DNA of 64,000 nt from NCBI GenBank assembly GCA_951406725.2, contig OX597827.1, positions 6,634,001-6,698,000 on the forward strand. The letters are read 5' to 3'. Shown piece by piece: positions 51,877 to 64,000 of this stretch. Numbering within the stretch: the stretch's first letter is position 1; each line of letters opens with the position of its first letter. This DNA comes from Octopus vulgaris (taxonomy: Eukaryota). The notes under the pieces are model-generated. The model ran no database searches. It saw nothing but the letters and a program-made list of their open reading frames with translations, and had not been told where the DNA came from. The position numbers and the translations under genes are program-made.

Positions 51877-52741
51877 TATATACACACATAGAAACACACA
51901 TACATGAATAAAAGAAATTGTAAATGCACTTGGAACCTTTAAGAATATTTTTTTACATTTACTTAACTGACTTCACAATTTTATGCTTTTCAAAAGTCGT
52001 GAGAAATAGGAGGGTGCTGGATTTATGCCATACTCATGCAGAATACATGAAATTCTGCTACATCAAACAGGTCAAAAAAAGGAATGTTCACATTGTGGTT
52101 TCCTTAATTCTTTTACCATATTCCTGTGGAATCAGTCTTATCCAACCCATTCCAAAGGACCAAAGGACCACAAAATAATAATTATCAAAATTGTTTATCT
52201 TTAAGTAGATCTTTTTTACTCTACTTTCATATAGAATACTTTTAAATTGACTCAAAATGCATTTAGAGTTAAAGTTCAGGTTGATATGATTATAATAAGC
52301 TTGTTAGTCATTTACAGATACCAAAAACATGTTTTGTGAAGTCAAAAGGTCGACCTAACTCATGTGACTTCTAGAAAATCGTTTTTCTTCTGATGCTTTT
52401 GTGTAGAGATCCATCTAATAATTCAGTTAAACTAATTTCAGCATAATGCTTTCAGAATTACTTTAAAATTTAGTAATTTGTGTCAAAGTTTATATGTCAA
52501 CTTTGAGTGTTCTGCTTTTATAGTTTAATGTTGAGTTTTCTTGTATTTTATTTCAGATGGAAGTTTTAAATCTTATATAACAGAAGTCATTTCAGGATTT
52601 CATAATGTGTAAAAAAAAAAAAAAGAATTCATTGGATTTCTTAAATGTTACTTACACTGACTTTTCTTTCCAAAATGTACTTCATTTCTCTAATAGGACA
52701 AACTTCGAAAAATGAATTTAATTTTTTCCACATATAGAATT

Positions 52742-53072
52742 GTGGAGGCGCAATGGCCCAGTGGTTAGGGCAGCGGACTCACTCGTGGTCGGAGGATCGC
52801 GGTTTTGATTCCCATACTGAGCGTCGTGTGTGTTTATTGAGCAAAAACTCCTAAAGCTCCACGAGGCTCCGACAGGTGGTGGTGGCGACCCCTGTTGTAC
52901 TCTTTCGCTACAACTTTCTCTCACTCTTTCTTCTTGTTTCTTGGGTAATGCTGCAATGGACTGGCATCCCGTCCAGGTGGTGGTGGGGGGGGAACACATA
53001 TGCCACAGAAACCGGGAAACCGGGCCCATGAGCCTGGCTAGGCTTGAAAACGTTGCATAAATAAAATAAAAA
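52742..53072 (+). mobile_element. Family B SINE (body X, tail B2) with TSD acatatagaatt
   Basis: TSD at 52730-52741 and 53073-53084. Confidence 0.92.
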
Positions 53073-53094
53073 ACATATAGAATTAAAATAAATT

Positions 53095-53283
53095 TGTTAA
53101 TTTGGTGGGAAGGGATGAGTTGATTACATCAACCCCAGTGTTTCATGGGTACTTAATTTATCAACCCCGAAAGGATGAAAGGCGAAGTCGACTTTGGCAG
53201 AATTTGAACTCAGAATGTAGCAATGGGTGAAATACCACTAAGAATTTTGTCCAGCATGATAACAATTCTGCCAGCTCACTGCC

Positions 53284-53324
<41 letters not shown>

Positions 53325-53535
53325 CCATTCTATTAAAAGCATAAGGCCAGAAATTTTCAGAGACGTGACTAGTCAATTACATCATCCCTGGTACTCAAGA
53401 AGTTCGTAATTTATCAACTCCGAAAGGAAAAAAGGCAATGTCGACCCCAGTGGAATTTGAACTGAGAACATAGAGATGGACAAAATGGTGCTAAGCATTT
53501 TGCCTGGCACAGTAACGATTCTGCCAGCTTGCAGA
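53095..53535 (-). mobile_element. Two older family C SINEs separated by (TAA)n
   Basis: ccgaaagga..aaaggc..gtcgac...gaatttgaact...ttctgccagct twice. Confidence 0.8.
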
Positions 53536-53773
53536 ATTGTTACCATTTAATATCATGATTACTAAATCCAATATAATAATATCAATCATGATATCAAATT
53601 TAGTAATATTAATCCTGCAAACAATAAAAGTTGTTGCTCAAGAAAAAAAAAAATTAAAGATTTATTTATTTGTAAATTCCTTATATATTATGTGTCAACA
53701 TGTTTTAAGCATTTGTCAAAGTGAAAGAATTAGAGAATGAAAAAAATTTCCAACTTGAAGAGGAAACATGACA

Positions 53774-54160
53774 AGGCGCAGAAGTGGCTGTGTGGTAAGT
53801 AGCTTGCTAACCAACCACATGGTTCCAGGTTCAGTCCCACTGCGTGACATCTTGGGCAAGTGTATTCTGCTATAGCCCCAGGCCGACCAATGCCTTGTGA
53901 GTGGATTTGGTAGACGGAAACTGAAAGAAGCCTGTCGTATATATGTGTGTGTGTCTGTGTTTGTACCCCTAGCATTGCTTGACAACCGATGCTGGTGTGT
54001 TTATGTCCCCGTTACTTAGCGGTTCGGCAAAAGAGACCGATAGAATAAGTACTGGGCTTACAAAAGAATAAGTCCCGGGGTCGAGTTGCTCGATTAAAGG
54101 CGGTGCTTCAGCATGGCCGCAGTCAAATGACTGAAACAAGTAAAAGAGTAAAAGAGAGTA
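53774..54160 (+). mobile_element. Family A SINE, full length
   Basis: Matches A unit. Confidence 0.9.
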
Positions 54161-54214
54161 AACAGTCATATGTGATTTTCAGATCTTGTATTTACGTTGG
54201 ATCTAACTGGTACT

Positions 54215-54522
54215 CTGTTAGATTATGACTACAAGGGTCCCAGTTGATGTGATCAACAGAAGATCCTGATCATGAAATTAATGTGCAAATGGCTGAGCCC
54301 TCCACAGACATGTGTACCCTTCATGTAGTTCTCAGGGAGATTCAGTGTGACACAGAATGTGACAAAGCTGGTTCTTTGAATTACAGGTACAATTCATTCT
54401 GGTCTGCTGAGTGGAATGGAGCAATGTGAAATAAAGCATCTTGCTCAAGGACCCAATGTGCCACCAGGAATCAAGCACATCAGCATGAGCTGATACCCGA
54501 ACCACTTAGCCACATGCCTTCA
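54215..54522 (-). mobile_element. SINE with body Y and tail B1
   Basis: B1 tail (gaaattaatgtgc...gattcagtgtgacacag) joined to reversed ttgagcaagatgcttt...ccactcagc body. Confidence 0.75.
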
Positions 54523-54566
54523 CTCATCGGATCTAATACAGCTGGAGTCACATGTAGGGGTTATAA

Positions 54567-55026
<460 letters not shown>

Positions 55027-55299
55027 ATGCGTGGGTTGTGCTTGCCCTACCACTGCTTGAGAACGAGTGTTGGTTTGTTTATGTCCATGTTTGTTAAAGG
55101 TTCAGCAAAAGAAACCAATAGAATAAATACCAAACTTATAAAACAAGTTTGGTATTTACTTATAAAATAAGTTTATCCTGTCCAAGTAAACCCTTCAAGG
55201 TGTTGTTCTGTCATGACTGCAGTCCAATTATTGAAACAAAGAAAATGATAAAAGATAAAACATAATTTGGCAAATATATAGATAGATAAATGAATAAAT

Positions 55300-55560
55300 G
55301 TGGAGGTGTGTGGCTTAGTGGTTAGGGTGTGAACTCATGATCGCAAGGTCGTGGTTTCGATTCCTGGACCGGGCAATGAGTTGTGTTCTTGAGCAAAACA
55401 CTTTATTTTCACATTGCCCCAGTCCACTCAGCTGGCAAAAATGAGTAATTCTGTGACAGTCCAACGTCCCGTCCAGGTGGAGAATTTCTACTCCACTGAA
55501 ACTGGGAAACTGGTCCTTATGAGCCTGGCAAGGCTAGAGAAGGAACATTTATTTATTTTT
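55300..55560 (+). mobile_element. SINE with body Y and tail B2, TSD aaatgaataaat
   Basis: tggcttagtggttagggtg...ggtttcgattcc; tail atgagcctggc. Confidence 0.85.
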
Positions 55561-55784
55561 TTTTTAAATGAATAAATAAAAACGATATAACTGTATGAAC
55601 ATATAGAATTATAGAATGTTTAAATTATATAACTACTGGGAATTTACTGTTCTCATGTTACAGAAAAATTATTTATTCAGTAACTTTTCAATAATGAAAA
55701 TTATTTAGAAAAGATTAATAATTTCATACATATCCAACACACCACATAAATATTTTATATTTTATCTTTATATTTTTATCTTTT

Positions 55785-56040
55785 ATATTTTTCTTTTACT
55801 TGTTTCAGTCGTTAGACTAAGGCCATTTTTAGTCGAATGTATTAACTCCAGTACTTTTTTGTGTTTTTTTTGTTTTTGAAGCTTGCTACTTAGTCTATCA
55901 GTTTCTTTTGCTGAACTACTTACTTACAGGGATGTAAACACACCAGCACTGATTGTCAAGTGAGGTGTGTAGGGGGAAACACAGATACACACACACACAC
56001 ACACAAACACACAATGGGCTTCTTTTAGTTTCTGTCCAGA
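55785..56040 (-). mobile_element. Degenerate family A SINE 3' part
   Basis: cttttacttgtttcagtc...aaacacaccagcac...gggcttcttttagtttctgtc. Confidence 0.65.
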
Positions 56041-56663
56041 AAATCCGTATATATAATGTGTGTTTTATCCCAAAACTATCTCTGGTCAAACTGACCTATG
56101 ACCAAAATATTCCAGCCATGACCATTTCATCTATTCTGACATAGTTTGTCTTAAACTGCATTATCTTGTGTAAATATAAATGTTGTCACTTAGCTTTAGA
56201 TCAATCTTGATCCATAACACTTATGACCAAAAGTGCTCTAGATATATCTGTTCTGTCTGTCTCTTTTTTTTTATGGAGTGTATATTTAAAACTACAATAA
56301 CGAATGTGTCCTTCATATTTTAAGGAAGTAATCTGTATGCCAGGAAGGTCAGAGTCATGAGTGTAACAAAACAAGTATGCTACTTAAATTGTTGTATGTT
56401 TTTGAATGAAATTAATTTTCTGAAAGTGGTCTTGTCATGAATTTGAACCAATGAAGGAAATTTGACTGCTACTTCTAACATCTCTGGTAACCACGTAAAG
56501 GTGCCCTTGTTAGCCCATTTGATTTTTATAATGTGGTTTACAAAATAATCCACTTGTTGTTGATGATGTTTTTCTTGTTTAACTCCTGATCCAGTAGATT
56601 ATCCTGTCTCCGTCTTTTCTTTTCTTTCTATTTTAGAATTTATTATATTATGCATCTACAACT

Positions 56664-57076
56664 GGCGCAGGTGTAGCTGTGTGGTAAGTAGCTTGTTTAC
56701 CAACCACATGGTTCCAGGTTCAGTCCCACTACGTGGCATCTTGAGCAAGTGTCTTCTGCTATAGCCTCGGGCCGACCAAAGCCTTGTGAGTGGATTTGGT
56801 AGACGGAAACTGAAAGAAGCCTGTCGTATATATGTATATATATATATATATGTATGTGTGTGTTTGTGTGTCTGTGTTTGTCCCCCTAGCATTGCTCAAC
56901 ACCCGATGCTGGTGTGTTTATGTCCCCGTCACTTAGCGGTTCGGCAAAAGAGACCGATAGAATAAGTACTGGGCTTACAAAAGAATAAGCCCCAGGGTCG
57001 AGTTGCTCAATTAAAGGCGGTGCTCCAGCATGGCCGCAGTCAAATGACTGAAACAAGTAAAAGAGTAAAAAGAGTA
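56664..57076 (+). mobile_element. Family A SINE, full length
   Basis: Matches A unit. Confidence 0.9.
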
Positions 57077-57580
57077 ACTACATTAGCCATTGTGCCTTTT
57101 TTGCAAGATTATTAAGTCGTAATTTGTGAGGGATTTGGCTGCTGTTTCTAACTGAGTGAACAGCTGCTCTAGTGGATTCCTACATTGCTTGGAAACGATC
57201 TTACATTACATTTTCATTCTAAACATCTGAAGATATAAACTTCTAGGAATTCTGTTAGATTTCATAAAATGTACCTCATCAAAATACTTCTCCACTAGAG
57301 GCTTGGATTGGCTTGCTGTGACTTTGTGGAAAGGCTCTGTAGCAAGAAAATTACTAATACCAGCTGCAAAGTATAACACAAACAAATAAATAGAGATGAT
57401 GATTTATCTTAACAGCTATTTTTTTCCTCTTTTTCTTATCTCCCCATGGTGTTAAAATGGTTTTGTCATACAGAGAAAATGAAGAGGAAACATTTTGCAA
57501 AAAATTGCCTTTAATTGATAACCAGTGATAACCAAAAGAGAAACAGACTAAAAAAAAAAAAAAAAAGAAATGTATTCATG

Positions 57581-57611
<31 letters not shown>

Positions 57612-58444
57612 ACACACACACTGAAGATGTATGAAGAGACAAATATTCTTTGGACTAAAACAGCAGGGTTTATCAGTTGTTGAAATGGATAGCAGATGAG
57701 GAATGATGAAGTGGTAAAAGAATAAACTCAAAGAACAATATGAAACTGTTTTGAAATAGGTTTAGTGCAATAAGTCAGCGTGTAATAAGTTTAGATATCT
57801 GATTAACAATTTTGAAGGTGTCTATAAGTCTAATAAAGATAAAGATAATAGTAATAGGTGTATATTTGACTAGAAATTAATATATGAAGAATTATGTGTT
57901 CCTAACATATCTTGTATAAATTACTATTGACAACTAAATGACAGCTAATGGGTGCATTGCATTTATTTTCTTAAATGTTGTCATGCTGCCAATCACTGAA
58001 TTTTAGGCTTAAACTTGTGCCACATTCCTAGGGGTAATGTATGTTATTTACTTCTACACATTCCAGCAACTGCAGTTAGGAAACTAATGGTAAAAAAAAA
58101 TATATATATATATCTAGTTTTACTTATTTATTTTTTCTGATTTCTTTTTCTTTTCTTATTTCTTTATTTTGTGCCTGGAATTTAAAATAACATTTTCAAA
58201 TAAGAAATATCAAATGCCTCTGCCAACTGGTTGATGCTGATAACCTCAATTTAAAAAAAAAAGAAAATGAAGTAAAATTTAAGTTTTTTATTTATTTTTT
58301 ATTTCAGAAAAGGAAGTTGTTAATTACAACTCGTGATAATAATGCATGAGATAACTACAGTTAATTATAGTATATGAACAAAATTTAAGTTAATAATAAT
58401 CATCAATAATATTGATAGCAACAATGTAATAATAATAATAATAA

Positions 58445-58645
58445 TTTTGGGACATGGCCAGCAATTTCCAGGAAGTGGGTAAGTTGATTACCATCAACCT
58501 CAGCACTCAACTGGTACTTATTTTATTGACCCAGGAAGGATGAAAGGCAAAGTCGACCACAACAGGATTTGAACTCAGAACATAAAGATAGACGAAACGC
58601 CGCTAAGCATTTTGCCCAACATGCTAACGATTCTGCCAGCTCACC
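58445..58645 (-). mobile_element. Older family C SINE
   Basis: ggatgaaaggcaaagtcgacc...ttctgccagctcac. Confidence 0.8.
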
Positions 58646-58661
58646 TAATAATAATAATAAT

Positions 58662-59000
58662 TATCTTTTCTTTATTGATCACAAGGACCAAACACAAAAC
58701 AAATAGGGACAAAGCGACATGAGAGATAATTAGGGTTAAGCACAATATTCATGTACAAAATAAATAACGAAGCAATTAACAACAAAATTTAACAATAAAA
58801 ATTCCTCAAAAGTAAGGAGTTCCTCTCAGAGCCAATAAGGAACCTCACACATCTTGGTCACCCTGATTGCCAAGGGAACCTCAGGCATGACAGCCAGATG
58901 GTAGTAGATGACGGAAGCAATATAAGCATTCACCACCTGTGCCTGACCCTTCAGGGACAGCTCCTGTATCCACTATGTCTTTCGGTTAACTCCATGCTAC
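58662..59000 (-). pseudogene. L1/Tx1-like LINE remnant (ORF2 piece plus 3' end)
   Basis: Minus-strand translation WIQELSLKGQAQVVNAYIASVIYYHLAVMP resembles the L1/Tx1 post-RT LSxxGRxxxxN motif; 3' end has aataaa. Confidence 0.6.
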
Positions 59001-59504
59001 TGGTAGTAGTGATGATACTGCTGCTGACTTCTTGTCTGATATTGCATTCACAGAATTCCTAGTCTTTTAGGGAAATGAGTGATGGAAGAGGAGGAAAGTC
59101 TTCATCTGAGGGAGGGCTGGTGAGAGGAACGGTTCTCCCCCTCAATGTGCCCATGAAGGCAGTTGATGATGCCATCTTGTATGTATGTTTGTTTTTTTTG
59201 TGTGTGGGGGGGGAGGTTGTAAATTTGACAGGTGTTTTAAGAAAGCAAGATATTGCCCCTTACCAGGTGAAAACAACCACAGAATCCCAACCAAGAAATT
59301 CCTGGTGTTCTTATCAACAAATTTGAACAAAAACTTATCACACAAATGAGTAAGAAATGGGTGAAAACAATAATTATAACAGAAACTCACGCAGTGTGCA
59401 AACATGTCCTTGCCTCCGTTTGAGTTGAAGTCACCTGACCATACTTCTGATGAGGATGAAAGGAACAAGAAAAGCAAAAACAAAAATGAAGAGATTATAG
59501 ATAT

Positions 59505-59890
59505 AGGTGTAGGAGTGGCTGTGTGGTAAGTAGCTTGCTTACCAACCACATAATTCCGGGTTTAGTCCCACTGCGTGGCACCTTGGTCAAGTGTCTTCTA
59601 CTATAGCCTCAGGCTGACCAAACCCTTGTGAGTGGATTTGGTATACAGAAACTGGAAGAAGCCCATTGTATATATGTATATATATTTGTGTGTTTGTCCC
59701 CACCAACATCACTTCACTACCGATGCTGGTGTGTTTACGTCCCTGTAACTTAGTGGTTCGACAAAAGAGACCAAAAGAATAAGTACTTATCTTACAAAGA
59801 ATAAGTAAGTCCTAGGGTCGATTCGCTCGACTAAAGGCAGTGCTCCAGCATGGCCACAGTGAAATGACTGAAACGAGTAAATGAGTAAAA
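59505..59890 (+). mobile_element. Family A SINE
   Basis: Matches A unit. Confidence 0.88.
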
Positions 59891-60131
59891 GGGTAGATTA
59901 AAAATGGAACAAAGCACCACAAACTTCACTGACAGTAACAAGAAGAAAGCACAGTCAAAACAATAACAACCATACAAGAGAAAAACCAGCAAGCACACCA
60001 ACTCAACAGCAACCAGAACAAAATGCCAACTAAATGCATGACTTCACCCACAATAACAGAAGACAAAATAAAGAACTGCTATCTTGCATGACACAATGTG
60101 ATCACAGAGAGAGAGAAAGCAGGAGACTCTC

Positions 60132-60158
60132 AATAATAATAATAACAATAACAACAAC

Positions 60159-60216
<58 letters not shown>

Positions 60217-60268
60217 GTAATAATGATAATAATAATAATGATAATAATAATAATAATAATAATAATAA
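60132..60268. repeat. (TAA)n microsatellite
   Basis: Direct reading. Confidence 0.95.
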
Positions 60269-61666
60269 GGATAATTACAGAGATTTAGAGATAGAAGCCA
60301 CAGAGATGTGTCATGTACTTCAACAGTAGATTACTTTTATTACAGATATTATATTTTATAGTACCTTTTGATGATACTAAAAAAAAATGGTAAATTGGTG
60401 GACTACAAAATATTCCTCTTATAAAGATGCTACTCAAGTCACAGAACTCTGAAATAACTTTCCCAAAGAACAGTTGAATTTCCTCCCCATCAGAGAAAAA
60501 CAACTATGCTAAATTTTAGAATAGCATAAATTAGCATATGAAGATATTGTCTAATATACTTATGTATATAGACACATATAATTATGAAAACCTTTTATCA
60601 CACTATTATTCTTTAAACTGTTTATATTGCCTCTCGTTTTATTGGATCATGCAGTTTTTGTTTTTTAGTTAGAATTTTGGTCTAATCTAATAAGAATTCA
60701 TTGAGCATCTTGGACACAGTATGACAAAGTACTTTCTTACTTTTCCTTCTAATATTTATACTTTAGTCCTATACTTAGTTGTAGTTGTCAACAGAAAGCA
60801 CCATTCTCCATTGAATGGTATCATCTGAAGTGTTAGACTTTTCCTCTTCCATGTGGCAAACTAAACTTTATTTTCACTAACTGTGAATGCAAACAGCTTC
60901 TAGTTTCTTTGTATTCTACTGTTTATCTATAAGCTATGATAACATAAGCAGTACTTCAGACTAATTATAACAAACTAGTATATAAAAAAGTAATCCTGCA
61001 CCAAAACAAAACAAAAGACTATCTTATGGAACACTTATACGTAAATACTATCAGCTTGGTACTTTGGTATTTAAAAACATTTATCATTCTCGTTACCATA
61101 ATCTTTTTACTAATATATCACAATAATTATCATTTCGTTAAAAATGGAAAGCTAGTACTCATACCTCTTTTGAGAATCTTTGAGACTGGTGAGAGAATGG
61201 ACAGCATGGAGACCTAGCCTAAATACTTGCAACAGAGTAAACTTTCCAACAAACACACAAGAATTAGGTGGTGGTGTTAAACTGGGTGATAGTTTAAATC
61301 TATATTGGCATCTGAAGTCAAATTAAGTTGACCTTTCCCAACTTGGGTCAAAAGCAGTGTGTTGCCACTCTATAGAGTATTACTTGGACTACACTGATGT
61401 TTGTCTTAATGAAAATTATTTTCCATTCTATAAAATAACATTTCTCTGTTTGTTAATTTAGTCAAGTAATTTTTATTCTTTCTCAAACAAAATGTTGAAC
61501 TTATTTATTAGCATAGTAAAGTGTTGCTTAAAAATGTCATGTAGTTAGGAAAATAATGATCAAATTTAATTAATACATTGTTTCAACACATCCTGTTTTA
61601 GCACGTATTTTACTGTATATCTAATTAGGTAACAATTTATTTACCCATTAGCTATACATTATATAA

Positions 61667-61925
61667 GTGGAGGTGCGTGGTTTAGTGGTTAGGGTGTCAG
61701 CATCATGATCATAAGACTGTGGTTTTGATTCCTAGACCAGGCGACGCGTTGTGCTCTTGAGCAAAACACTTCATTTCATGTTGCTCCAGCCCACTCAGCT
61801 GGCAAAAATGAGTAACACTGCGATGGACTGGCATCCTGTCCCACTGGGGAACACATACGCCATAGAAATGGGGAAACTGGGCTCATGAGCCTGGCTAGGC
61901 TTTAAAATGGCGTATTTATTTATTT
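61667..61925 (+). mobile_element. SINE with body Y and tail B2, TSD tatacattatata
   Basis: Same architecture as 55300 copy; TSD on both flanks. Confidence 0.88.
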
Positions 61926-62134
61926 TTTATACATTATATACTGTGTAATAATGTAACGGTTGATTTGTTGAGCTGGTTGACAAATCTCACTTCCAATGTC
62001 TTTTTCGTATTTAGCAGAAAAAGCCTGCAAGTTGATAGCGATTTAACAGAGATAATTGCTTAGATTGTTGTGAACTTAAAACATAAAATCTAGTTTTCAA
62101 TAATGCAGTACTTGTTATAATAATTTTTCCTAAT

Positions 62135-62342
62135 TATGGCACAAAACCAGCAATTTGAAGGGAGGAGTCAAGTTTATTACGCAACCCCAGTATGTGACTG
62201 GTACTTACTTTATTAACCCCGAAAAAAAAAAAAGAGACAAAGTCAGCCTCTGTGGGATTTGAACTTAGAACATAAAGAGCTAGAAGAGATGCCACAAAGT
62301 ATTTTGTTGTGTGTACTAATGATTCTGCCAGCTCACTGCCTT
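62135..62342 (-). mobile_element. Degenerate family C SINE
   Basis: ctggtactta...aacccccgaaa...ggatttgaactt...attctgccagctcactgcc. Confidence 0.7.
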
Positions 62343-63082
62343 TTATGATATAACATTGTTGGTGACAATAAATGATAACATAACGAGTAATTTTAATTAA
62401 TAGTAATACTTAGCAATGTACACACACACACACACACACACGCACACTTACACACACACACACTAGCCAGAGCTAAATCTTCACTTCATCAAGTTCATTC
62501 AGCGGATGGTTCACTTCAAAACCTTTAGCTTACCATTTCTGACATTCACACTGATTGAAATTAAATTCAAATATCAGGCTTTGAGTCACCTCTGGATTTC
62601 CATTCAATTGATATTGATTAGTTAGTCTGATATGTTTCTTATAAAGTTTTCTTAAATTTTACTAGAAAATGCAATGAGAGTTTATTAGCCTAACTTTACG
62701 TACAAGTCACATAAACAAATATCTTTAAAAATAGTTTTGGTTAATCAAAGCACATTAAACAAGAGGAATTAAGTAAATGAAGAAGTGATACTGGGATTTA
62801 TAGACCATGTCACTCATTTGTACAAAGCAATTTAACACAGAAAATGGATTTTTAGAGCAACACTAGAAACTATCTTCAAACATGTTTTCATAGTGTCAGA
62901 TATCATGCTTGGTGCCTGCTTTGCCTATACAAGCCTTTATAAGTGAAATCACTAAGATTAATATCTTCAGAATAGATATGCTTTTTAACTCGTCTATAAC
63001 TTACAGCCATCTTCTGCTATCCACCCCTGTCATTGATAGATTCTAGTTCCATCCGTTTTACTTTTCTTAAATGTTGGTAATT

Positions 63083-63579
63083 CATCATCATCATCATCAT
63101 CATCATCATCGTTTAACGTCCGCTTTCCATGCTAGCATGGGTTGGACGGTTCAACTGGGGTCTGGGAAGCCTGAAGGCTGCACCAGGCCCGTCACATCTG
63201 GCAGTGTTTCTACAGCTGGATGCCCTTCCTAACGCCAACCACTCCGTGAGTGTAGTGGGTGCTTTTTATGTGCCACCGACACAGGTGCCAGACGAAGCTG
63301 GCGAACGGCCTCGCTCGGATGGTGTTTTTTATGTGCCACCGACACAGGTGCCAGACGAGGCTGGCGAACGGCCACGCTCGGATGGTGTTTTTTATGTGCC
63401 ACCGACACAGGTGCCAGACGAGTCTGGCGAACGGCCACACTCGGATGGTGCTTTTTATGTGCCACCAACACAGGTGCCAGACGAGGCTGGCGAACGGTCA
63501 CGCTCGGATGGTGCTTTTTATGTGCCACCGACACAAGTGCCAGACGAGGCTGGCAAACGGCCACGCTCAGATGGTGTTT
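63083..63579 (-). mobile_element. Family D repeat with five 63-bp internal tandem units (63258-63572)
   Basis: ggtg.tttttatgtgccacc at 63258, 63321, 63384, 63447, 63510. Confidence 0.92.
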
Positions 63580-63807
63580 CATTTCTTGATGATCTGTTGA
63601 TTAACCAGCATGTCACTGCTTGTTTGTATATTTGGTAAGCCTAATGAATTGGAAATTACATAAGGTATCACATAATATTATGGATGCTGTCACACTTGAC
63701 TGCACAATGTTTACATCACAATAAAGACTCTTAATGAAACAATTTTAGAAGCAACAGTAAACCATTCCTCTATTTTTATTATATGTATGTGTGTGTGTAT
63801 ATATATA

Positions 63808-64000
63808 GGCACAGGAGTGGCTGTGCGGTAAGTAGATTGCTTACCAATCACTTGGTCCCAGGTTCAGTCCCACTGCATGGCACCTTGGGCAAGTGTCTTC
63901 TACTATTGCTTCAGGCCAACTAAAAGCCTTGTGAGTGGATTTGGTAGACAGAAACTGAAAGAAGCCCGTCGTATATATATGAATGTTTGTGTGTCTGTGT
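63808..64000 (+). mobile_element. Family A SINE 5' half (runs off window)
   Basis: ggcacaggagtggctgtgcggtaag...ccttgggcaagtgtcttc. Confidence 0.88.

Noticed and set aside
52545-52615. Candidate exon after tttatttcag
   Set aside because: No convincing donor and no recognisable peptide
63258-63572. CRISPR-like array
   Set aside because: Whole 63-bp unit repeats without variable spacers; eukaryotic SINE context; no cas genes

Overview
AT-rich, repeat-dominated eukaryotic DNA with no convincing host protein-coding exon, so most likely intronic or intergenic. The mix of tRNA-derived SINEs, dense microsatellites and LINE/DNA-transposon remnants suggests a coleoid cephalopod such as Octopus (inference from repeat content, not database-verified). 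Almost all listed ORFs are microsatellite or SINE artefacts. Real coding remnants are all transposon-derived: two Tc1/mariner transposase relics, a Penelope-like (PLE) GIY-YIG endonuclease, two RTE fragments, a CR1 3' end, an R4/Dong-type RLE C-terminus and an L1/Tx1-like piece. The most notable signal is a non-coding ~521-bp direct-repeat element at 51.2-51.9 kb carrying an apparently near-intact type I hammerhead ribozyme (retrozyme/PLE pseudo-LTR-like). It has a fold-back relative at 0.8-1.1 kb, and there are further decayed hammerhead candidates (16.75 kb, 3.9 kb) and several AT-rich cassettes sitting in (TA)n arrays. The window also shows modular head/body/tail shuffling among SINEs, nested and chimeric insertions, a 1.69-kb near-perfect tandem duplication and satellites arising inside mobile elements. 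Family labels A-D, X and Y are my own working names.
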